From positions 1 to 58,689 of the forward strand of contig DATKVU010000025.1 in NCBI GenBank assembly GCA_035529915.1: a stretch of DNA of 58,689 nt, in the 5' to 3' direction. The DNA is from Clostridia bacterium. Its GTDB lineage: Bacteria > Patescibacteriota > Microgenomatia > UM-FILTER-40-11. How positions within the stretch are numbered: the stretch's first letter is position 1; each line of letters opens with the position of its first letter. Below the pieces are notes generated by a model. It did not search any database, had not been told where the DNA came from, and worked only from the letters and a program-made list of their open reading frames with translations. The position numbers were made by a program, and so were the translations under genes. Positions 50,992-58,689 of this stretch are shown here, piece after piece.

Positions 50992-52682
50992 TTGAACCGC
51001 GGATAACGAATTTTTCGGATAACCAAGGCCGGGAAAACCAACCAGCTGACCAGAGAAATTAAATTGGCTGCCGTCCGCACGGGAGTGTTAGTAAACTTAA
51101 GCCTTAGTTCGTGATTACCAACGGGGACTTTCACCGTAATTAGTCCCAAAGGGTTATCATAACTGATAGCGACTGGCTGATTATCTAACCAAGCTTTCCA
51201 GCCGGGAAAATAATAAACGGGGATTTCCCACGCCGCTTCTTCCTTCGCCTGAGCTTGAAAAGAATACCAATCGCTCCCCTTCTGAATATTCTTCGCCTCA
51301 GCCGCCCCCGCCTTCAAGATTGGACCAGCTGGGGCCTCCTGAGCTGGTGGCGCTTGAGCATATTTTGGTAAATAATCAAAAATGGCATCCGTTTGCAGTT
51401 TGCGCCAACCCAAGGCCGAAAAGAGTTTTTGCTCATCACTAATCTTAAGAATTTTTTCTACCCTAAAAAAAGAAAAGTTTAAGCTTACCGCCAAAGTTAT
51501 CCCCATTAAAGCCGTCCATTTTGCCCACTTAGTTGACTTAAGGAAAATCATTAATCCTCCCCCCAACACAGAAACAGCAAAAATCACTAATGTCAAAAAT
51601 CGCCAAGGGAATTGTAGGTAAGCCAAAAGGGGGATTTTTTGCCAAATCAAGTTAGAGCGAGGATGAACCAAAAAAAGGCTTAAAAGGAAAAGAGCAAAGA
51701 AAAAGCCCACCAAGAAAACTACCTCTTTTTTAACCCGCCGTCGCCAATAGCCGAAAATGGCGAACGACAACACCAGTACTGCCAGCGGCCAGTGAGGAAA
51801 GCCGACCTGAAACGGCATCCCTGTTTCTTGTAACCAGCCACTAGAACCATAGCCCCAAAACCGAGTAAACAACATTTTCCCAATAGAAACATAATGGGCT
51901 AAGAAGTTGAAATAACCCATTAACATCGTCTCTACGTGAACATATTTTTTTTCGACTAAAACCGGCAGAGTAAAAAAGGCAGCCAGCCCCAAACCCCACC
52001 AACCACCCAAAGCTAACCTAATTATTTTCTCTTTCCCATCTTTCTTCTTTAACCAGATTAAAAGCAAAGCAAAAGCAATGAAGGTCGGCATAAAAATAAA
52101 AGCCATCAGATTGTGGGAAAGCAGCAAAAAACCAAAAAACAACGCCAAAAGAGGCAATTTATTTTTTCCTTTTTCCTCTACCACGATTTCATAAATCGCC
52201 CAATAAACTCCCGGCAGAAACGCTAAGGCCCAAAACTCATTCATTGCTCCCCGAACATAAACATCAACTGCATGATATGGCGCCCATAAATACAAAATAG
52301 CGCTCAAAAGCCCTCCCCAATCTCCCCAAAGTTTTCTCGTAAAAAGAAACATGAGGACTCCCGAAACCAAAAAACCAGCAATGAATAAAAGCTTTACCGA
52401 ATCAATAAAACTTAAACCCAAAAGATGAAAGATTTCGCCTAAGCAGTAGGGAAAAGGTGGGTAGTAATTAAAAAGGGGATAGCCATAAGAATAGCCCATA
52501 TCCGGCACCCAACGGCAAGGAATCTGACCATCCTTCACACACAAATCCATCTGATAAAGCCGCCCGACTTGCAAATCATCATGCATGGGAAAATAACCAG
52601 GTCGGAAAAGATCCCTTGAAGTCAAGAAAGAAGTGGCTAAAATTACTAAAACAAAAAACCAGTAACGTTTAAGAATTTTCAT
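50988..52682 (-). CDS. HD-loop polytopic membrane protein with YfhO-type C-terminal module (paralogue of 26278-27999)
   Basis: 564 aa. YFPMHDDLQVGRLYQMDLCVKDGQIPCRWVPDMGYSYGYPLFNYYPPFPYCLG. C-terminal YYFPGWKAWLDNQPVAISYDNPLGLITVKVPVGNHEL plus a terminal TM. Confidence 0.65.
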   Translation of the reverse strand: MKILKRYWFFVLVILATSFLTSRDLFRPGYFPMHDDLQVGRLYQMDLCVKDGQIPCRWVPDMGYSYGYPLFNYYPPFPYCLGEIFHLLGLSFIDSVKLLFIAGFLVSGVLMFLFTRKLWGDWGGLLSAILYLWAPYHAVDVYVRGAMNEFWALAFLPGVYWAIYEIVVEEKGKNKLPLLALFFGFLLLSHNLMAFIFMPTFIAFALLLIWLKKKDGKEKIIRLALGGWWGLGLAAFFTLPVLVEKKYVHVETMLMGYFNFLAHYVSIGKMLFTRFWGYGSSGWLQETGMPFQVGFPHWPLAVLVLSFAIFGYWRRRVKKEVVFLVGFFFALFLLSLFLVHPRSNLIWQKIPLLAYLQFPWRFLTLVIFAVSVLGGGLMIFLKSTKWAKWTALMGITLAVSLNFSFFRVEKILKISDEQKLFSALGWRKLQTDAIFDYLPKYAQAPPAQEAPAGPILKAGAAEAKNIQKGSDWYSFQAQAKEEAAWEIPVYYFPGWKAWLDNQPVAISYDNPLGLITVKVPVGNHELRLKFTNTPVRTAANLISLVSWLVFPALVIRKIRYPRFK

Positions 52683-52690
52683 CTAAAAAG

Positions 52691-52696
52691 ATTATA
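52691..52696 (-). promoter_or_regulatory. -10-like TATAAT 8 nt upstream of ATG 52682
   Basis: Minus strand AGGTATAAT CTTTTTAG ATG in the 34-nt gap 52683-52716. No convincing -35. The spacing implies a leaderless or near-leaderless start if it is active. Confidence 0.2.
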
Positions 52697-52716
52697 CCTT
52701 TTCACTCCCTCTCCTG

Positions 52717-54216
52717 CTATTTGGCCAACACTTCAAAGAAAAGGAGGTTTTCTTTTCCCTCACGACTTTCAGCTTTTGGATACTTTGCAATGAGGCGCAA
52801 ATTGCTTCGGTTGCTCACCATAAATCGTGAATCATTAACCAGTAAAAAGACGCGGTTACTAACCAAACCGCTGGTTAGCTTACTGGAAATCTCTCTTACT
52901 GGCTCACCCAAACCAATCACCGTTACTCTTGGCGTTTTTTCCAAATATATTTGTAAACCCTCTGGTAAAGTGCCGAAATACCCTTCTGTTCCCACCAAAA
53001 CATTTTCCTTTTTAGCCACTTCCCTAAGGTAATCGGCCGCTTCCTTAATTCCGTATCCTGCTGTCCAAATTTCTAGATAGCCATATCTTTCATTTTTGGG
53101 CAACCAGGCTTTTTGAGGATTCACTAAAAGAAGCGCAATTTGATAGACAGGAACAACAAAAAAAACAATTAAGACCAAAGTGGTTATCCATCGGCTTTTT
53201 AGCGAAGAAAAAATTTTCCAAAGAAGGTAGGCGGCGAAGATTAAAAATATCGGGACTGTAAACAAGATATAACGAGCAGTATAAACTTTGGCAATCGCAC
53301 TTTGGCCTAAAAGCGGGATTAGCAGCCAAAGCCAGAGGAGCCCTCCTTCTTTAAGGTGTCGTTTAAGCACCAAGACTCCCCCGGTGATAGCACTAACAAA
53401 AGAAAGGGGGGTCAAAAAAATCCAAAACCACTCGATTACACTTTTCAGGTTGCCCCAAAAAGGATTTAGGGGGTGACTCAAGACTTCTCGGAAAGAAAAA
53501 ACATAATCCTTATTGCGGATAGCAATCATCTGAAATTCTGGTCCTAGACGAAGAATGTTATAAATAGCAAAACCAAAAAGATAAACAACCCCCCACAAGA
53601 AAACCAATTTAACAATGTTGTAGGGACGCATCATCATGCGTCCGTTCAAGATTATTGTCGTCGGCAAAAGCAGAGCAAAAAAGAGCGCCGGCGATTTAGT
53701 AATCAAACCCAAACCCAAAAGTACTCCTGTGATCATCGCCAGATCCAGCCTTTTTTCTTTTGCCAGTCCTACTGCTCCCACTATCACCCAAATACCAAAG
53801 AAAGAAAGCAAACCGTCAGCCAACGCCAGCCGATCAAAAAAGAAAGTGAATGGTGAAATCAAATATAAAATAGCTCCCAAAAAAGCCACTTCTTTCTTTT
53901 TAAAAAGAAGCAGGCTTAAAGTAAAAATTCCTACCATCGTCCCCAAACCGGCTCCCACCGAGACTAACCGACCGGCGACCAGGGGATCGGAGAATATCTT
54001 TAAAAAGGGCATTATTAACCACATAAATAAAGGCTGTTTACCGTCAGATAAGGGCAAAAAACGCAAAGTACTTACCGCCCGCATTACTTGAGCCCAACGG
54101 ATATAAATTGCTTCATCAACAAATACCGGAATTATGGTCAGATTGATCAACCGCGTGACGAAGTAAGCAAGAATTAAAAAAGCGCCTAGTATGCAATCTT
54201 GAACTTTCAATTTCAT
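52717..54216 (-). CDS. ArnT/PMT_2-like GT-C glycosyltransferase (singleton)
   Basis: 499 aa multi-TM. Loop 1 IPVFVDEAIYIRWAQVMRAVSTLRFLPLSDGKQPLFMWL (DE-x-Y and K-x-PL boxes of ArnT-type enzymes). Confidence 0.75.
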   Translation of the reverse strand: MKLKVQDCILGAFLILAYFVTRLINLTIIPVFVDEAIYIRWAQVMRAVSTLRFLPLSDGKQPLFMWLIMPFLKIFSDPLVAGRLVSVGAGLGTMVGIFTLSLLLFKKKEVAFLGAILYLISPFTFFFDRLALADGLLSFFGIWVIVGAVGLAKEKRLDLAMITGVLLGLGLITKSPALFFALLLPTTIILNGRMMMRPYNIVKLVFLWGVVYLFGFAIYNILRLGPEFQMIAIRNKDYVFSFREVLSHPLNPFWGNLKSVIEWFWIFLTPLSFVSAITGGVLVLKRHLKEGGLLWLWLLIPLLGQSAIAKVYTARYILFTVPIFLIFAAYLLWKIFSSLKSRWITTLVLIVFFVVPVYQIALLLVNPQKAWLPKNERYGYLEIWTAGYGIKEAADYLREVAKKENVLVGTEGYFGTLPEGLQIYLEKTPRVTVIGLGEPVREISSKLTSGLVSNRVFLLVNDSRFMVSNRSNLRLIAKYPKAESREGKENLLFFEVLAK

Positions 54217-54219
54217 CTT

Positions 54220-54981
54220 CTAATTTATCGAATATAAACCTTTCAAATCATTAAGCTTCACTCGAAAAATCTGCTTTAGCATTTCCAAAGATTCTTTAAG
54301 ATAACTCTTTTTTTTGCTGGTGCTCACATCCCTGTCTTTCCATTCCACGGCGACTTCTTTGATTTTGTAACCAAACTTTTCCGCTAGGAAAAGAAGTTCG
54401 ACATCAAAAGAAGTCACTTTCCACCCCCTAACTTGTTTTTTCTGTCGGAAAAATTCTAAACGCGGAAAAATTTCCTTAGCCACTTCTGCCCTCAAGGCCT
54501 TAAATCCACACTGCGTGTCTTTAATCCCTCTTAAAAAAAAGGCTTGACGAATTAACCGAAAAGCTACCGAACCGACCTTTCTAAGAACCCCAAAGTTTTC
54601 CCTTATTGATCCTCGGGAACCAATCACCACTTCATATTCATCAAAAAAAGGCATCAATTTTGAAACCTCCTTCAAAGGAGCTGATTGATCCATATCGCTA
54701 AAAAGGACATATTCTCCTTTGGCCTCTTTTATCCCTCCCCAAACCGCTGACGGCTTTCCGCCGTGCAAGTTTTCTACCAGCCGAAAACCAGCCTTTCCTA
54801 TAACGGCCTTTTTGACCAACTCTCGACTGTTATCGGTTGAACCATCATCTGAAACAATTACCTCCCAACTAAACCTTTGCTTTCCCAAAAAATTTTCTAC
54901 TTCTTCCAAAACCCCCCGCTCAAGATTTTCTCTCTCGTTATAACAAGGAATAACAACTGATAAATAGGGCCGTTTAGTCAT
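54220..54981 (-). CDS. family 2 glycosyltransferase, ALG5/Dpm1-like polyprenyl-phosphate sugar synthase candidate
   Basis: 253 aa with LSVVIPCYNERENLERG, EVIVSDDGSTDNS, LFSDMDQS, DTQCGFKALR and SFDVELLFLAEKFGYKIKEVAVEWKD. Confidence 0.8.
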   Translation of the reverse strand: MTKRPYLSVVIPCYNERENLERGVLEEVENFLGKQRFSWEVIVSDDGSTDNSRELVKKAVIGKAGFRLVENLHGGKPSAVWGGIKEAKGEYVLFSDMDQSAPLKEVSKLMPFFDEYEVVIGSRGSIRENFGVLRKVGSVAFRLIRQAFFLRGIKDTQCGFKALRAEVAKEIFPRLEFFRQKKQVRGWKVTSFDVELLFLAEKFGYKIKEVAVEWKDRDVSTSKKKSYLKESLEMLKQIFRVKLNDLKGLYSIN

Positions 54982-56503
54982 TAAACTTTATCCTTTCTCT
55001 TTTCTGGACAGTAATATCCCCCCAGAAGTCATTCTTAATCGCTTTGCCGATGGTATCTTGCCGTTTTTGCCAAGCTTGTAAAAACTGGGGGTGCTCACCG
55101 TCAGGTTCATAAAGAGTATAAAGATTTTTGACCAGCTTTGTTTCCGGTTCTCGACCATATTTGGTTTGGCCATACCAGCGGAAAAGATAGGAATATGAGT
55201 AAAATATCTGCGGCGGAACATAAGCGTCAATATTAAACTCCTCATCCTTAGCATCCTCATAAATCCAGTCAATCGCCCAAGTTTGAGCTTTTAGAGTAAT
55301 CCCAATTCCGGTCTTAAGATAGTTTTTGATAAACCGTATATTACCAAACGCAAAAAGTATCAAAAATATTCCCAAGACCACCCGAGGAATTAAATTTCTA
55401 TCCGCCAAAGATTTTAAGCCGGCCGCCAACAGGATAATAAAAGCCGGAATAACGCCGGTAAAATAATAATCCCAAACATAGCCGTGATTCCCTCGGTAAA
55501 GCAGAAATCCCAAAATGGGAGAGACCAGCCAGATTAAAAGCAGTTTCCCGCCCGGACTAAAGACCTTTTTCCGGGAAAAAAGGAGCGTTGCGGAAAACAA
55601 GGCTAAAAGCCCCATCTTGACCCATTTTTGGCCAAAAGAGAACTTGCCGAAAAAGACATCATAATAGGTCAGAAGCCTCAAGCGCATAGTTTGAACCAGA
55701 GAAAGGCCAAAACTTCGCTCTCCCACCAAGAAACGATGGAAAGCATCCCGCAAAATTCCTTGATGTCGCCAATCGAAAACGATCTGGGGCAACAAAGTCG
55801 CCAAGAAAGCCAGGAAAGCCAAAACTAAAACGGTAGGCTTTTTAAAAATCCGCCTTTGCCAAAAAAGAATCCCCAAAGTCGCCGGTAAAAACCAAACTGC
55901 CGATGCCGCTTCCAGTTGTAAACAAAGTCCGATAAAAAAAGCCGCCCCAATCAAGGCCTTATCTCTACCCTTAACAAAAATGTAAAGAAAAAAAAGAACA
56001 ATCATCGTAAAGAAGGGCAGAGGGCTGGGGTTAGCCAGCCAGCGGCTGAAAACCACTAAGTCATAAGAAAAACCGTAAAGGAAAGCGGCCAATAAACCGA
56101 CTTCCCGACTGTAAATTTCTTTTCCCAAAAGGTAAATCAAAAAAATGGCGCCCACGGTTAGCCAGGACTGGCCAGCCGCCGCCATCACCGGACTCCCTTT
56201 ACCGAGCCAATAAAAGGGCATCAAAAGATAATAAAAAAACGGCCCCAAATAAATACCCTCGATACCGGTTACCGGACCAATTAAAAAGAATTTCCCATAA
56301 TGGAGGAAGTCCCAAATCACTAAGGCGTCTCTTCCCTGGTCATACCAGAAACCGAGAAGGTCATTTAATCGATACAGCCTAAAGAAAGCCGAGAAAGAGA
56401 GAATGAGAAAAAGAATAAAATAAATAGTCTTGTGAGCTTTTATTTCCTTTCCCAGCCCCACTAAGCAACTTTGAATTTTGGACTGCAACTTTGAACTACT
56501 CAT
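54974..56503 (-). CDS. COG1807/ArnT-like GT-C glycosyltransferase, family 2 paralogue
   Basis: 509 aa multi-TM. Loop 1 GFWYDQGRDALVIWDFLHYGKFFLIGPVTGIEGIYLGPFFYYL. Confidence 0.7.
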   Translation of the reverse strand: MSSSKLQSKIQSCLVGLGKEIKAHKTIYFILFLILSFSAFFRLYRLNDLLGFWYDQGRDALVIWDFLHYGKFFLIGPVTGIEGIYLGPFFYYLLMPFYWLGKGSPVMAAAGQSWLTVGAIFLIYLLGKEIYSREVGLLAAFLYGFSYDLVVFSRWLANPSPLPFFTMIVLFFLYIFVKGRDKALIGAAFFIGLCLQLEAASAVWFLPATLGILFWQRRIFKKPTVLVLAFLAFLATLLPQIVFDWRHQGILRDAFHRFLVGERSFGLSLVQTMRLRLLTYYDVFFGKFSFGQKWVKMGLLALFSATLLFSRKKVFSPGGKLLLIWLVSPILGFLLYRGNHGYVWDYYFTGVIPAFIILLAAGLKSLADRNLIPRVVLGIFLILFAFGNIRFIKNYLKTGIGITLKAQTWAIDWIYEDAKDEEFNIDAYVPPQIFYSYSYLFRWYGQTKYGREPETKLVKNLYTLYEPDGEHPQFLQAWQKRQDTIGKAIKNDFWGDITVQKRERIKFND

Positions 56504-58041
56504 TTATTGTGCATTAATTTAAATAGTTTCACTCCCCAAGGAAAGGTCCATTCTTCTTCTATCTTACTCCAACCAAAGCTGGCAATTTCAGCTTGGGGAT
56601 GGGTAGTCGGTTCACAAACACTCTCTTCACAGACAACAAAGAGCTGGTTGGTAATCGTTTCTTCTGACCGCTGAGCATCAATCATCGCCGGTTTATATCC
56701 GGCTTTTTCCAAAAAATAACGGTAGCCGGCATCATAATTCTGCTTAGCGATTAATCCAAGATTGAAAGGTTTTCCTTCCGCCTCCTCAACTATTTTTTGA
56801 CTAACCATAGCCGTGTGTTGCATCTGGAAATTAGGACTTCCCCTCAAGGGACAAGCCTCAAAAGCAAAGTAAAATATCGCCACCAGCCCCGCAACCGCTA
56901 AGATCTTTCCCGCTTTCCCTACCTCCCAAGCTTTACCTAAGGAAACCGCCATCAACAGAAAAATCGCCGGGAAAAGAAAACCGAAGTAATGACCATAAAT
57001 ATGCTGTTTATAGAGTCCCATTCCCCAAAGGCCAATCAAAATCCAGCTTAGTAAGAGAAATAACCCCCGACCTTCTTTCCTCTTCCGCTTGTCTCCGACA
57101 ACTAAGAAAAAGGTAATTGTGGAGAAAATTAATAGAAGCGGAGATAGCCAGGAACCAAAAACTGCATCCCGGCTGGTCAAAAGGCACGTCACCATCATCT
57201 GCCAAAGCGGCCAAAGTTGAGGAATTGCCTTATACGGCTTTAGACTAACCGTCGCCTGCCGATCAGTAAAAAAACGGTAAAAAGCCTTATAGTTAATAAA
57301 ATTATGACGTAAATCAAACCAAATTAAAGGCAAGATAGACAAAACGAAAAAAGTCATTATTCCTAAGCCGGTCCAAATTAAAAAGCTTCTGGTTTGGCGA
57401 TTTTTAGTTCTTAGCAAATCTCTTAATTTCACCAACCAAAACAGGCCGGCCACCGGCAAAAGAAGCAAGCCCAGATAGTGAGACTGAATCGCTACCGAAC
57501 AACCCAAACCAACGACCACCATTCCCCAAAATTGGTTCCTTTGCCAAAATTGCCAGACTCCCCAAATTGAAAGCAGAGCAAAGAAGGGCATAATATTCGG
57601 ATTCCAAGCAGAACGCGAAAGAACAATCGCTACTGGCGAGAGGGCATATAAAAGGGCAGCCAGCAAACCGACTTTTTGAGAAAACCATTCCTTGGACACA
57701 AACCATAAAAGAAAGGCAGTTGCACCCCCAAGCAAAGCCGTGCCGATTGAAGGCCCAGCAGTTCCTAAAAGAAGATAAAAGGGCAGCATTAAGTAATAAA
57801 AAAGGGGGGCCAAGTACATATTACCTATTGAAGTCTGTGGTCCAATCAAGGTGAATTTTCCTCTGCTCATTCGCAACCAAACCAAAGCGTCTCTCCCCTC
57901 ATCCCCTAAAAAAGTCATATATGAGCCGATTCGCCAAAGACGCAAAAAAAGCGCTAGACCGACAATAAAAAAAATCGCTCCCGCCAACCGCCAATTTTTC
58001 CTAAGCCAACTGGTTAATTCTCTTATTTTATTTGCCACCAC
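56500..58041 (-). CDS. COG1807/ArnT-like GT-C glycosyltransferase, family 2 paralogue
   Basis: 513 aa multi-TM. Loop 1 TFLGDEGRDALVWLRMSRGKFTLIGPQTSIGNMYLAPLFYYL. GTG start (58041 or 58038) overlapping the upstream GT2 3' end. Confidence 0.7.
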   Translation of the reverse strand: MVANKIRELTSWLRKNWRLAGAIFFIVGLALFLRLWRIGSYMTFLGDEGRDALVWLRMSRGKFTLIGPQTSIGNMYLAPLFYYLMLPFYLLLGTAGPSIGTALLGGATAFLLWFVSKEWFSQKVGLLAALLYALSPVAIVLSRSAWNPNIMPFFALLSIWGVWQFWQRNQFWGMVVVGLGCSVAIQSHYLGLLLLPVAGLFWLVKLRDLLRTKNRQTRSFLIWTGLGIMTFFVLSILPLIWFDLRHNFINYKAFYRFFTDRQATVSLKPYKAIPQLWPLWQMMVTCLLTSRDAVFGSWLSPLLLIFSTITFFLVVGDKRKRKEGRGLFLLLSWILIGLWGMGLYKQHIYGHYFGFLFPAIFLLMAVSLGKAWEVGKAGKILAVAGLVAIFYFAFEACPLRGSPNFQMQHTAMVSQKIVEEAEGKPFNLGLIAKQNYDAGYRYFLEKAGYKPAMIDAQRSEETITNQLFVVCEESVCEPTTHPQAEIASFGWSKIEEEWTFPWGVKLFKLMHNK

Positions 58042-58689
58042 AACTTACCTAATTCAAAAAATGATTTAAAAATGACTCTCGGCCCCGCCCCCGTCTGTTT
58101 CCCGCCTCCCCGCGGAAAGTGGCCAACTCCTACTTCCGTTATCTTAAAACCCGCTTTCCCCGCCCGGGCTAACAGTTCGGGCGAGATCATTCCTCCCCGA
58201 GTTGACTGGAGAGGGGGAATGGTCTTGATAACCTTTCTTTTAATTAATTTGAAGGCACAATCGACATCGCGGACACTAATTCCCAACAAAATTTTCGACA
58301 ACGTCGTCCAGCCCCAACCGAAAAGTTTCCTTTTGAAAGAATCCTGTCGATTAAGGCGATAACCCACTATCACATCGAATTCCTTCGCTTTCTCAATTAA
58401 TTTCGTCACTTCGGTAAAATCAAACTGACCGTCGGCATCGATAAAGGCAATCCATTCATGCTGACTGTTGTAAAAACCGGACTTAAGCGCCGCTCCGTAG
58501 CCTTGATTAGAAGGATGAGTGATCACCCGAATAAAAGGGTTATCTCGAGCTAAATTTTGGGCAATTTCTCCGGAACGATCCTTCGAGCCGTCATTAACAA
58601 TAATTAATTCGTATTTCTTAGCGATTTGCCGAAGAACCGGAATGACATCTTTAACTGTTTTTTCTAAATTCGCTTCCTCGTTATAAACC
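58023..58689 (-). CDS. family 2 glycosyltransferase, Dpm1-like (5' end outside the window)
   Basis: The track ORF starts at an internal GTG (58526), but the frame stays open to the window edge. My translation of 58527-58559 reads QNLARDNPFIR, continuous with VITHPSNQGYGAALKSG. Downstream boxes are FIDADGQFD and RDVDCAFKLI. Stop at 58023. Confidence 0.8.
   Translation of the reverse strand, partial: VYNEEANLEKTVKDVIPVLRQIAKKYELIIVNDGSKDRSGEIAQNLARDNPFIRVITHPSNQGYGAALKSGFYNSQHEWIAFIDADGQFDFTEVTKLIEKAKEFDVIVGYRLNRQDSFKRKLFGWGWTTLSKILLGISVRDVDCAFKLIKRKVIKTIPPLQSTRGGMISPELLARAGKAGFKITEVGVGHFPRGGGKQTGAGPRVIFKSFFELGKLWWQIK

Noticed and set aside
53636-54091. 151-aa plus-strand ORF rich in K, P, S and R, antisense to the ArnT-like gene.
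   Set aside because: The basic, low-complexity composition is what is expected from reading a hydrophobic membrane-protein gene on the opposite strand. No motif or signal supports it.
56465-56495. 11-nt direct repeat GCAACTTTGAA (56465-56475 and 56485-56495) near the start of a GT-C gene.
   Set aside because: It lies inside the N-terminal coding region (encoding SKLQSKIQ). There are only two copies 20 nt apart and no regulatory context, so it is probably a small in-frame duplication of no clear significance.
1-58689. Repeated protein families might indicate mobile elements, an assembly duplication or a CRISPR-like array.
   Set aside because: The paralogues are diverged at the DNA level; even the closest pair differs at many positions in its conserved boxes. 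I saw no transposase, integrase, terminal inverted repeats or regularly spaced short repeats.

Overview
This is a moderately AT-rich bacterial window that is almost entirely coding. It holds 46 ORFs plus one edge fragment; 44 of the 46 are on the minus strand, many joined by 1-4 nt overlaps. Every product I can assign belongs to envelope glycosylation. There are 24 polytopic GT-C-like membrane proteins: six full-length and three reduced members of one PMT/ArnT-like family, three members of a second COG1807-like family, two tandem YfhO proteins, two HD-loop proteins that share the YfhO C-terminal module, two members of an unassigned GHDGxWH family, and PIG-V-like, TMTC/TPR-like, DUF2029-like and other ArnT-like singletons. 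There are 14 GT2 (GT-A) enzymes, including five Dpm1/GtrB/ALG5-like polyprenyl-phosphate sugar synthase candidates and three WaaE/LgtF-like enzymes. The rest are two GT4 enzymes, two MOP/Wzx-type flippases, two SAM methyltransferases, one B12-binding radical SAM enzyme and one membrane-anchored SurA-N-like chaperone. I saw no rRNA, tRNA, CRISPR array, transposase or integrase. I also could not recognise any sugar-nucleotide synthesis gene, priming phosphoglycosyltransferase, Wzy/Wzz or ligase. Gene content and compaction suggest a Patescibacteria/CPR-type (Microgenomates-like) or similar small-genome bacterium, but that is inference only. All family calls rest on motifs read by eye from the translations; no searches were run, and Pfam names and numbers are quoted from memory. 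Several ORF-track starts are TTG or GTG; where a nearby ATG gives a more typical N-terminus I used it and say so.
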